Below are positions 48,353 through 57,242 of a stretch of DNA of 64,000 bases, one piece after another. The first letter of the stretch is position 1, and the number at the start of each line of letters is the position of its first letter. Below the pieces are notes generated by a model, which saw only the letters and a list, made by a program, of their open reading frames with translations, searched no databases and was not told the DNA's origin. Source of the stretch: Desulfomonilia bacterium (GTDB lineage Bacteria; Desulfobacterota; Desulfomonilia; UBA1062). The position numbers were made by a program, and so were the translations under genes. The stretch spans positions 224,001 through 288,000 of the forward strand of contig CAXXDQ010000002.1 of the NCBI GenBank assembly GCA_963664325.2, written 5' to 3'.

Positions 48353-50761
48353 ATGACGTCAGAAAAGCTGGGAAAATATTTCGTGATTGTCCTGATGGCT
48401 GCACTCACACTCATGGTTTCCTGCAAGGTCAAATCCGTAGGCCCGTGGCATCCTGAACGCACATCCTACCCGAGAACGATCTATAAGGCTAGTGAGCTCG
48501 ATGCGATCAAGGCCAGACTCGACCGGTTTCCCTACAATGTGCTTTATAACCGTGTTCTGTGGCAGGCTGGCCGCACTCCGGCACCGCCGGCTGAGAAGTT
48601 TGTGCCTCCAACCCAGTACGACAACGCAAACATTGCAAAATCCGCGGCCTTTGTTTTTGCCGTGAGCGGAGACGAAGCGAGCAGACAGAAAGCTGTAGAC
48701 ATATTAAAAACCATTCCCCAGGAATTCGATACTCTCACCTTTGAACTTTTTGACCGGGACATAAATATTGCGGAAGCCCTCATGTGCTATGCGCAGGCCC
48801 TCGACATGCTGCTCGGCGCCGATGCCTTGAACTCTACCGACAGAAGCATAATAGAAGAAAGGCTGGGTAATATCACGGAAAAGTTCTTCAACAACTGGGC
48901 CGAGCTTATCTGCGGGGTTTACGAATTTGCCCGCAATAATCATCATACCAAGATGGCGTCCGCTTTCGGAATGGTAGCAATAGTATTGAATAATAACCCG
49001 ATGGCGAAAGTGTGGATAGATTATGCCATGAACGAAGTCGATACAGACCTTGGCAGCCTGGTTACAGCCGACGGCGGCTATGCGGAGGGCCCGTACTACT
49101 GGACATATTCCGCAAGCAATGTGCTGCCTTTTGCATGGGCCTACCATCTGTTCAATGAAGGCCAGGCCGAGACCTTTACAGACAGGCCCTGCTATTTGAG
49201 CGGGCTCGGGCAGAACGGAAAAGCAGTCGTGATCAAGGACTTCTTTTCTGACTGGAAGATCAAGGCCCTTTCCGAGTGGATGATAAAAGTGCGGCAGCCT
49301 GACGGATTCACGCCGCCTTATGATGATTCAAATTTGGGCGGATATTACAATGCCATAATCGCAGGAGTTTACAGTGAAGGCGTATTCGCCTGGGACTGGC
49401 TGACATCTTCGGCATATCTCCAGTCACAGAACTGCGCGGACCTCAGTGTCGATATAATATGCGACTATGACGACAGCATCACTCCTGTCAAACCCTCATG
49501 GCAGCCCAGCATGCTCATGAAAGAGGCCGGCAATGCGGTTATGAGGAGCGGCTGGGACGCGGATGATTCATATGTGATGTTCCTGGCCGAGAACGGCAAG
49601 GCAAGGACGAACGGCTACGGGCATGAGCACCCTGACGGGCTCAGCTTCATCCTTTATGCGCTCGGCAAAAGTCTGGCCATAGACAGCGGGTACATCAATT
49701 ATGAAAACCATGACATGGTAAGGCATGCAAAAAACCATAATGTCATACTTGTCGACGGCAAGGCCCCCGAGCCCGGGGTGTATACGTCGGGCGGGGTTGA
49801 TGCGTTTTTCAAGGATTTCATGACAACGCCTTTCATGGACTACTGTTCGGCCTGGACCGAGTTCTCGGGGGTCCGGCACAGCCGTTCACTTCTGTTCCCT
49901 GGCAAAAGATATCTGGTTGTGTCGGATGATATCAAAAACAACGGGACGCTGGTGCATACCTACAACTGGCTGCTGCACGGAAACGGCGGGGGGTCCACAG
50001 GCGGGACATTTACTCCCGCTGCAGACGGCGGATTGTGGATTAACGGCAATGCCGGTCTCAGGGCTGTGGTGGTTTCGCCTGAAGGAAGCCTTAATCTGAG
50101 CACTCATGAAGATTATCACGGCTTTGACTGGGGTGACATAGAAACCCATACAGTGCTGCAGGCAGACATCCAGGTAAAAAATGCGCGCTATCTTGCGGTT
50201 TTGTATCCCTATGCGGTTGGAGCAGTTGAGCCAGATATAAAACCAATGGATGACCCTGACGGTAAAGCCATCAAAATTGCAGAACCGGAAAGCACTACAC
50301 TGGTAAGGGTGCAATCGGCATCCAAAAAAGGGCAGTCATGGTCAGTAGGCGGGATAAGCGGCAATCCTGAATTTCCTGCCATAACAAGCGATGCGGGACT
50401 GGTCCGGGTTGCGGCCGGAAGCGATGGAACCCTGAAAGAAGCTTTCCTGGAAGACGCATCGAGCCTTATAATCAATGATACTGAAATATTCGGTTCGGAA
50501 TCAAAAATCATCCTGGCCCTTTCATTCGGCGAGGGCCTTATCAGCGGCCATATCATAGCGCCTTCAGGAACCAGCCTGGATTTGTTTACGGACGGAGCTC
50601 CCCTGTCCGTAGAGGGCGATACTGTAAGCGGTTTCGTTTCAGAAGGTCCGGGCATGACACGGATTACTTTTTCAGGCCAGGGCGATTTTACTGTCTACCT
50701 GTCCGGAAGTTCGATATTAAGCAGACTGGCAGCAAAAGAAAAACTTCTGCCGGGTTTGTGA
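48353..50761 (+). CDS. Heparinase II/III-like (alginate/oligosaccharide lyase fold) lipoprotein
   Basis: Lipobox 'MVSC', 'NNH', 'DGGYAEGPYYW.Y', 'GHEHPD.LSF.LYA.G..L.IDSG', 'HNVILVDG'. Confidence 0.8.
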   Translation: MTSEKLGKYFVIVLMAALTLMVSCKVKSVGPWHPERTSYPRTIYKASELDAIKARLDRFPYNVLYNRVLWQAGRTPAPPAEKFVPPTQYDNANIAKSAAFVFAVSGDEASRQKAVDILKTIPQEFDTLTFELFDRDINIAEALMCYAQALDMLLGADALNSTDRSIIEERLGNITEKFFNNWAELICGVYEFARNNHHTKMASAFGMVAIVLNNNPMAKVWIDYAMNEVDTDLGSLVTADGGYAEGPYYWTYSASNVLPFAWAYHLFNEGQAETFTDRPCYLSGLGQNGKAVVIKDFFSDWKIKALSEWMIKVRQPDGFTPPYDDSNLGGYYNAIIAGVYSEGVFAWDWLTSSAYLQSQNCADLSVDIICDYDDSITPVKPSWQPSMLMKEAGNAVMRSGWDADDSYVMFLAENGKARTNGYGHEHPDGLSFILYALGKSLAIDSGYINYENHDMVRHAKNHNVILVDGKAPEPGVYTSGGVDAFFKDFMTTPFMDYCSAWTEFSGVRHSRSLLFPGKRYLVVSDDIKNNGTLVHTYNWLLHGNGGGSTGGTFTPAADGGLWINGNAGLRAVVVSPEGSLNLSTHEDYHGFDWGDIETHTVLQADIQVKNARYLAVLYPYAVGAVEPDIKPMDDPDGKAIKIAEPESTTLVRVQSASKKGQSWSVGGISGNPEFPAITSDAGLVRVAAGSDGTLKEAFLEDASSLIINDTEIFGSESKIILALSFGEGLISGHIIAPSGTSLDLFTDGAPLSVEGDTVSGFVSEGPGMTRITFSGQGDFTVYLSGSSILSRLAAKEKLLPGL

Positions 50762-50890
50762 AACAGCATCCAATGGCACCCGGGGTGGCAGCCGGGCGCC
50801 CTGGTTTCATTAAAGGTAACCCCTGGGGAAGCGGCTGAAAACCGTTTGCTGATAGATGATAAAGCTGTATACCAATTGATTTGAAGGGCA

Positions 50891-51856
50891 ATGACTTATG
50901 CTTTTGGCAACATCCCCAATCCGTGTGAAATGAAAAGCAGAAATAACAGCTTTACCGTGATAGCCGTGTTCATGATCGTTTTTTTATGCATGATTCCGTG
51001 CATCCTTAACGCGAAACAATTTTCCAGGCTCGATACAAGGGATGTATCCGTCTATTTCGATGAAGCCCATGCCCTTGCCGCCCGTCAGGTCATCGAGCTC
51101 TATCCTGCAGTCAGGGCCGGACTGGAGGCGACGCTGACCTGGAAAGTGGATTTCAAGCCGGCCGTGCTGCTGGCGCCCGACAGGAGAACCTTCGCTGACA
51201 TGGCGGGCAGCCCCCTGGTTGTCGCATATGCCGTTCCGGACAAGATGCTCATCGTCATTGACTATTCGAGGATGAACATAGAACCGTTCACCCTCTCGGC
51301 CACACTCGAGCATGAGATGTGCCACCTTCTCCTCCACCGCTACATACAGGAAACACCGCTCCCCAGGTGGATCGATGAAGGGGTCTGCCAGTGGGCCAGC
51401 GGGGGGCTTGCCGAACTTGTCACCGGCAACAGGCAGTCCGCCCTTGCCTGGGCCGCCTTGAGCGGCGGGTTCATTCCGCTGAACGCCCTTTCGCTTAATT
51501 TTCCGCAGGACGGGCAATCCATGGCCCTGGCCTATGAAGAGAGCCGGAGTGTGGTCGAGTACATAGTTTCGAACTTCGGGAAGAGCGGCCTTCTTAACAT
51601 CCTTAATGCCATGAAAAGCAGCCAGGATGTAAGCGATGCGGTAAGCATGAGCCTTGGGATGTCCATCGAAGAGCTTCAAAAAGAGTGGGAGGTGAGCCAG
51701 CGTAGCTGGACCGTCGTCATATCCGCCCTGGCCGCAAACCTCTATACTATCCTCTTTGTAATCGGCGCCCTGCTTACTCTGGCTGTCTACATGCGCCTGA
51801 TCATCAGGAAGAGGCGTTTCAGGGATGAAGAGGAAGAGGAAAACTTAAAGGCGTAA
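50891..51856 (+). CDS. Peptidase MA-like zinc metallohydrolase with C-terminal membrane anchor
   Basis: 'LEHEMCH' (HExxH), 'PRWIDEG', 'LAYEES'. True start may be ATG 50930. Confidence 0.8.
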   Translation: MTYAFGNIPNPCEMKSRNNSFTVIAVFMIVFLCMIPCILNAKQFSRLDTRDVSVYFDEAHALAARQVIELYPAVRAGLEATLTWKVDFKPAVLLAPDRRTFADMAGSPLVVAYAVPDKMLIVIDYSRMNIEPFTLSATLEHEMCHLLLHRYIQETPLPRWIDEGVCQWASGGLAELVTGNRQSALAWAALSGGFIPLNALSLNFPQDGQSMALAYEESRSVVEYIVSNFGKSGLLNILNAMKSSQDVSDAVSMSLGMSIEELQKEWEVSQRSWTVVISALAANLYTILFVIGALLTLAVYMRLIIRKRRFRDEEEEENLKA

Positions 51857-51996
51857 AGCTGTTATTCTTTACAATTCCGCTCTGGCATTCTCAGAATAGT
51901 TGATGCATTATGATTTGTAATTCAGGGGGGAGGCGGCAGGTATTAAAGATTGATTTGTATTTAATCTCCTGACCATATAATTACCGGAGGTTCCTG

Positions 51997-53937
51997 ATGG
52001 GAAAGGTCTTAACTTTTGTAATGGCAATGCTGGAAAAAGGATTTCATAAAACGGCTCCGGCGTTGATCGATGCGGTTTTCCATGATGTTCCGGATATGCA
52101 CCTGAAGAATGAAGATATACTGAAGAATTTCGAGGAAATTCTTAACAGGAACAAGACAGCTGCTTTTGGCTATACCGCTTTCATTATGATATTCAACCTG
52201 GTTCCCCTTATGCTTTACGGGAAGCCATTTTTAAAGCTTTCCCCTGAAAAACGGCATGAGCTTCTCAAACGTTTGATCGACTCAAATTTCATTGTCCCGA
52301 GAATGATCGGCGTTGCGGCCAGCTTCCCGTTCAAATTCGGATATGTAAGTTCGGCAGAGGTGCATGATTCACTGAACGTCCCATACCGGAAAGAGAAGAT
52401 ATGTCCGGAGCCCGAACCGCGCTGGATGAAGCAGATAACACCGGCGGCCGGTTTTGAGTCCGATGAGCTTATCGAAGCGGATGCGGTTGTCATCGGGACC
52501 GGAGCCGGCGGAGCGGCTGTCGCCAAAGAGCTTGCGGAAAAAGGGTATGCCGTGGCCATCATCGAAGAGGGAGAGTTCTACCGCCGCGAGTCCTTTACGG
52601 GCAATCCGCTGGACATGGTACCCATGCTGTATAAGAACAACGGGTTTACCGGGACATACGGCAACACTGTCATTCCACTCCAGAGGGGAAGGGCGGTGGG
52701 CGGCACCACCCTGATAAATTCGGCAACCTGCTTCAGGACCCCGGAAGATGTGCTCAATGAGTGGGTCGGCATGGGACTGTCGGATTTCACGCCGCAGGCT
52801 ATGGAGCCTTATTTCGAGCGCGTTGAAAAGATGATCAGTGTGCAGGAGTGCGAGGCCAGGTATATCGGCCCGATAGGCGAGGTCATCAGGGACGGCTGCA
52901 CCTCTCTCGGCTACAGCTGCGGTCCTCTCAAGCACAACATCATAGATTGCGACGGGCAGGGCGTATGTACCCAGGGCTGTCCGAAGGATTCCAAACAGTC
53001 CACCAATTTAACCTATATCCCGAAGGCTTTAAATGCCGCGGCCCAGCTTTTTACCGGTTTCGAAGTGGCGGATATCCTTACAGAGGGGGAGCGTGCGACA
53101 GGCATAAGGGCTACCGGAACGGGAAAGAACGGGCGGAAGGTGACGCTCACCTGCAGGGCCAGGGCCGTTATATTGTCCTCCGGCACGTTCGTGTCCCCGG
53201 TGCTTATACAGAAGAACCGTCTCGTCAGGGGAAACAAGTGGGTCGGAAAAAATCTCACCATACACCCCTGCGTCTTTGTCGGCGCCATGTTTCCGGACCG
53301 TGAGATGAGAAACAACGAAAGCATCCCGCAGGGATTCATGATTGACCAGTTCGAAGAAAAGGGATTGCGGTTCGAAGGCGGTACGCCTCCCTTCATGGTG
53401 CTGGCAAGCATACTGCCGGGCATCGGGAAGGAATATATCGACTGGGTTTCGTCATACAGTCATGTCGCGATATTCGGGTGCATGGTCAAGGATACAAGCA
53501 CAGGTTTTGTAAGACCTGGGCTTAATAAAGCCCCCTTTGCGTACTACAGTCTGTCAAAAAGAGATACAGAGAGCCTTGTCGAATCCATGCACATCCTGGG
53601 CAAGGTCTATTTTGCTGCCGGCGCCACAAAAATCTTTCTGCCGGCTTTCAACCGCCCGCTAATCGAGAGGCCTGAAGACCTTGATACTATTTTGAGCAGG
53701 AACTGGAAACCGAGGGACATGATCCTCTGCGCGTTCCATGCCGTGGGTACTGCCAGGATCGGACTGAACAACTCGGATTCCGTACTGGATACCAGTCACC
53801 AGTGCCACAGGGTGCCGGGACTGTTTGTTGTCGACGGAAGCAGCATACCGACGAGTCTCGGCGTCAACCCGATGGAGACGATAATGGCGATGGCGACCAG
53901 GGCGGCTGATAAGATTGCGCCCATACTGGACAGGTGA
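51997..53937 (+). CDS. GMC-family FAD oxidoreductase (long-chain alcohol oxidase-like) with N-terminal helical extension
   Basis: 'VIGTGAGG', 'GRAVGGTTLINS', 'C.G.G.C..GCP', 'AFHAVGT', 'VVDGS.IPTSLGVNP..TI'. Confidence 0.87.
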   Translation: MGKVLTFVMAMLEKGFHKTAPALIDAVFHDVPDMHLKNEDILKNFEEILNRNKTAAFGYTAFIMIFNLVPLMLYGKPFLKLSPEKRHELLKRLIDSNFIVPRMIGVAASFPFKFGYVSSAEVHDSLNVPYRKEKICPEPEPRWMKQITPAAGFESDELIEADAVVIGTGAGGAAVAKELAEKGYAVAIIEEGEFYRRESFTGNPLDMVPMLYKNNGFTGTYGNTVIPLQRGRAVGGTTLINSATCFRTPEDVLNEWVGMGLSDFTPQAMEPYFERVEKMISVQECEARYIGPIGEVIRDGCTSLGYSCGPLKHNIIDCDGQGVCTQGCPKDSKQSTNLTYIPKALNAAAQLFTGFEVADILTEGERATGIRATGTGKNGRKVTLTCRARAVILSSGTFVSPVLIQKNRLVRGNKWVGKNLTIHPCVFVGAMFPDREMRNNESIPQGFMIDQFEEKGLRFEGGTPPFMVLASILPGIGKEYIDWVSSYSHVAIFGCMVKDTSTGFVRPGLNKAPFAYYSLSKRDTESLVESMHILGKVYFAAGATKIFLPAFNRPLIERPEDLDTILSRNWKPRDMILCAFHAVGTARIGLNNSDSVLDTSHQCHRVPGLFVVDGSSIPTSLGVNPMETIMAMATRAADKIAPILDR

Positions 53938-53971
53938 AGGCTCGAAAGTGAAAAGCCGAATGGGGGGTAAG

Positions 53972-54793
53972 ATGGATCTGATAAAAATCGACGAGAAAAC
54001 CTGCAACTCCGACGGGATATGCGCTGCTGCGTGTCCGGCAGGTTTGATCAATATACAGCCGGGAGAATTTCCCGAGATGATTGAGGGTGCGGAGGAAATC
54101 TGCATAAGATGCGGGCACTGCGTTGCGTCATGCCCGACGGCAAGCCTGACTCACCTCTTTGTACCTGTCAAAAAATGTCAGGCCATAAGAAATGATCTGA
54201 AGATATCATTTGAGCAATGCGGGCAGTTCCTCAAGAGCAGGCGCTCCATAAGATCTTACAGGGACAAGCCTGTCGTGCGCAGGGACATTCAAATGCTTCT
54301 CGATCTGGCGGCTTATGCGCCGTCCGGCCATAACACCCGGCTTAACAAGTGGCTGGTGATCGACAACAGAGATGAATTGAAAAGGCTTTCCGGCATAGTC
54401 ATCGACTGGATGCGCTTCATGCTGGATGGCATGAGGGAATTCGCCCTTTCAATGCATATGGACCGCGCCGTCGAGAGATGGGAGGCGGGAAAAGACGTCA
54501 TACTGCGCAAGGCCCCGGCCGTTGTCATCGCCTATGACGAGCCCAAAAACCCGATGGCCGCTTCAAGCTGCACGATTGCCCTTACATACCTTGAGCTTGC
54601 AGCGCATGGCATGGGGCTCGGGGCCTGCTGGGCGGGCTACTTCAATTCAGCGGCAGTACTTTTTCCGCCGATGAAAGAGGCGCTCGGCCTTCCCGAATCT
54701 TACCAGTGCTACGGGAGTATGATGATAGGCTATCCCAAGTTCGATTATGTGAGGCTGCCGGTAAGGAAGAAGCCGGACATCTTGTGGAGGTGA
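53972..54793 (+). CDS. Nitroreductase family protein with N-terminal ferredoxin domain
   Basis: 'CNSDGICAAACP' and 'CIRCGHCVASCP', 'RRSIRSY', 'APSGHN', 'GLGACWAG'. Confidence 0.9.
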   Translation: MDLIKIDEKTCNSDGICAAACPAGLINIQPGEFPEMIEGAEEICIRCGHCVASCPTASLTHLFVPVKKCQAIRNDLKISFEQCGQFLKSRRSIRSYRDKPVVRRDIQMLLDLAAYAPSGHNTRLNKWLVIDNRDELKRLSGIVIDWMRFMLDGMREFALSMHMDRAVERWEAGKDVILRKAPAVVIAYDEPKNPMAASSCTIALTYLELAAHGMGLGACWAGYFNSAAVLFPPMKEALGLPESYQCYGSMMIGYPKFDYVRLPVRKKPDILWR

Positions 54794-54936
54794 AACGGGG
54801 GCTGAAATGTGGCAGTCCGGGTTTTGACAGGATCTATTTGTATGAGCCGGGGTATAATCCGACAAAGACGTCTGCTCGTTAAAACATCAAAAACTGAAAC
54901 TTTATATCTGGCAATAACGGCTGACTTTGTTTAAAA

Positions 54937-55959
54937 TTGTCCGCAATGACAGAACCTGCGGCGGCAAATAATCCATATGATAATCCCGAGATTCTCCTTT
55001 CAATAGAAGGCCTGCATACTTATTTCTTTACTCCCGAAGGCACAGTAAAAGCGGTTGACGGGGTCAGCCTTGACCTCAAGAAATGCAGCACGCTCGGGAT
55101 TGTCGGCGAAAGCGGCTGCGGTAAGACCATGCTCGCATTGTCCATTCTCAGGCTTGTGCCGGCACCCGGTAAAATCACGGGCGGCGCGGTCTTCTTTAAT
55201 GGTAAGGACCTTCTTAAGCTTGCTGAAAAAGAGATGCGCAATATCCGGGGGGATCGCATTTCAATGATATTCCAGGAGCCTGTGACCTCTCTCAATCCGG
55301 TTTTCACAATCGGCTCGCAGATAGCGGAGGTGGTGCTCCTTCACCAGAAGGCCCGTGCCTCGAACAAAAAGCAGGCCCTTGAAATTGCCGCCCGCATGCT
55401 CGGTCTTGTAGGCATTGAGGACCCTGTTAAGAGGATCAGAGAGTATCCGCATCAGTTGAGCGGCGGCATGTGCCAGCGCGTCATGATAGCAATGGCCCTT
55501 GCTTGCAGGCCCGAACTGCTGATAGCCGACGAGCCGACAACGGCTTTGGACGTGACCACCCAGGCACAGGTTCTTGATCTCATGGATAAGCTCAAGGAGG
55601 AGCTGGGAACATCCGTCATGTTCGTCACCCATGACCTGGGCATTGTCGGCCAGATCTGCCAGGATGTGGCCGTCATGTATACGGGCAGGGTGGTGGAGTA
55701 CGGTGATGTGGACATGATATTCAATGAACCGCTTCATCCTTATACGATAGGGCTGATGAAATCCGTGCCCGTCGCCGGTGATTCGGCCAGGGGAAAAAGG
55801 CTCTCTGCCATTCCCGGGACGGTCCCCGGTCTGATCGATATGCCGCAGGGGTGCAGCTTTATAACCCGGTGCAGCATGAAGATGGGAAAATGCAATATCG
55901 AACCGCCAGAGATTACTGTTGAAAACGGCCGCAGGCTCAGGTGCTGGAGGTATGTTTGA
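54937..55959 (+). CDS. Oligopeptide/dipeptide ABC transporter ATP-binding protein (OppD/DppD-like)
   Basis: 'GESGCGKT', '[12 protein letters not shown]', 'ADEPTTALD', 'PLHPYT', C-terminal Cys cluster. Confidence 0.92.
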   Translation: MSAMTEPAAANNPYDNPEILLSIEGLHTYFFTPEGTVKAVDGVSLDLKKCSTLGIVGESGCGKTMLALSILRLVPAPGKITGGAVFFNGKDLLKLAEKEMRNIRGDRISMIFQEPVTSLNPVFTIGSQIAEVVLLHQKARASNKKQALEIAARMLGLVGIEDPVKRIREYPHQLSGGMCQRVMIAMALACRPELLIADEPTTALDVTTQAQVLDLMDKLKEELGTSVMFVTHDLGIVGQICQDVAVMYTGRVVEYGDVDMIFNEPLHPYTIGLMKSVPVAGDSARGKRLSAIPGTVPGLIDMPQGCSFITRCSMKMGKCNIEPPEITVENGRRLRCWRYV

Positions 55960-56900
55960 ATAAGCCTCTGCTCAGCGTTAGTAACCTTAAAAAGTCATAC
56001 TCGATAAGCGCCGGCCTTTTCAAAACCTCGGGCGTGGTAAAGGCGGTGGACGGAGTCGGCCTTGAGCTCTATCCCAATGAAACGCTCGGTCTTGTCGGCG
56101 AGAGCGGATGCGGCAAATCCACCCTTGCAAGGCTGATACTGCTGCTTGAGAGGCCCGACAGCGGGCAAATAATATTTTCCGGCAAGGACGCCCTGGCCGC
56201 CGGTAAGCAGGAGCTCAGGAATATAAGAAGGAATATGCAGGTGATATTTCAGGACCCGGCAGGCTCGCTCAATCCGCGCAAAAGGGTCCTTTCGATTATA
56301 GAAGAGCCCATGCGCATACACAGGATGCTGCCGGTACCCGAGATCAGAAACCGGGCATTCTCGCTTATGGAGATGGTGGGCCTCGGACGGCAGATGGCCG
56401 ATCGCTACCCGCATGAGTTTTCAGGCGGACAGCGCCAGAGGATATGCATAGCTCGCGCCCTGGCGATTAACCCCGAACTGGTAATATGCGATGAACCGGT
56501 AAGCTCCCTTGACGTGTCCATCCAGGCTCAGGTCCTCAACCTGCTTACCGACCTGAAGGAGCGGATGGGTCTTTCCTACCTGTTTATCTCCCATAACCTG
56601 TCCGTCGTGGGGTATCTCTCAGACAGAGTGGCCGTAATGTACATGGGGAAGATTATCGAGCTGTCTTCGGCCGGGGATATTTTTGATAGGCCCCTTCATC
56701 CTTACACCCGCCGCCTGCTCGATGCCGTGCCTTCCATAAGAAACAGGGGCAAAAGATTTGTCATAAGGGATGAGGCGCTTAAGATGCCGTCAGGCTGCGA
56801 TTTTTTTTCGGGATGCCCGGACGCTTTGGAACGCTGCAGGGATGAAAAACCTGTTTTCGTTGAGAAGTTTCCCGGTCACCGCGTTTCATGCTTTTTATAG
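55956..56900 (+). CDS. Oligopeptide/dipeptide ABC transporter ATP-binding protein (OppF/DppF-like)
   Basis: TTG at 55956 after GGAGG, overlapping the upstream stop. 'GESGCGKST', 'YPHEFSGGQRQRI', 'PLHPYT'. Confidence 0.92.
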   Translation: MNKPLLSVSNLKKSYSISAGLFKTSGVVKAVDGVGLELYPNETLGLVGESGCGKSTLARLILLLERPDSGQIIFSGKDALAAGKQELRNIRRNMQVIFQDPAGSLNPRKRVLSIIEEPMRIHRMLPVPEIRNRAFSLMEMVGLGRQMADRYPHEFSGGQRQRICIARALAINPELVICDEPVSSLDVSIQAQVLNLLTDLKERMGLSYLFISHNLSVVGYLSDRVAVMYMGKIIELSSAGDIFDRPLHPYTRRLLDAVPSIRNRGKRFVIRDEALKMPSGCDFFSGCPDALERCRDEKPVFVEKFPGHRVSCFL

Positions 56901-56963
56901 CTGAAAGAGTGTTCAATCCTCATTTTATATCTGTGCCGGCCGGGGAAAGAGGGCTTACGGGTT

Positions 56964-57206
56964 TTAAATAATCGCCGCCCTTTTGTCCATGTCGCGCTTT
57001 TTTTCCTGCAAAAGGAACAGGACTTCGGCAGATGTGGACCTGACATGGGCAAAGATGTTCTCCTGCGGTTTGAGCCTGCCTTCCGCCGACCTCCTGATAA
57101 TGCCTTTGTTGTTTTCAACGGATGCAAATACGGCCTGGAGTCCCATCCTGGCGTTGGCGTCCCTTATGACAATCTTTATAACAGGAAGATCGTGTCTGGT
57201 TTGCAT
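56964..57206 (-). CDS. Small hypothetical protein
   Basis: 80 aa, GGAGG RBS upstream, co-oriented just downstream of the carB-like gene. Confidence 0.5.
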   Translation of the reverse strand: MQTRHDLPVIKIVIRDANARMGLQAVFASVENNKGIIRRSAEGRLKPQENIFAHVRSTSAEVLFLLQEKKRDMDKRAAII

Positions 57207-57242
57207 AAATCCTCCGGTGCGGTTTGTTTGAACAGGGAATCG

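Noticed and set aside
50762-50890. Possible riboswitch between the lyase and peptidase genes
   Set aside because: Two small hairpins are present, but I recognise no conserved aptamer motif. An Rfam/Infernal scan would be needed.
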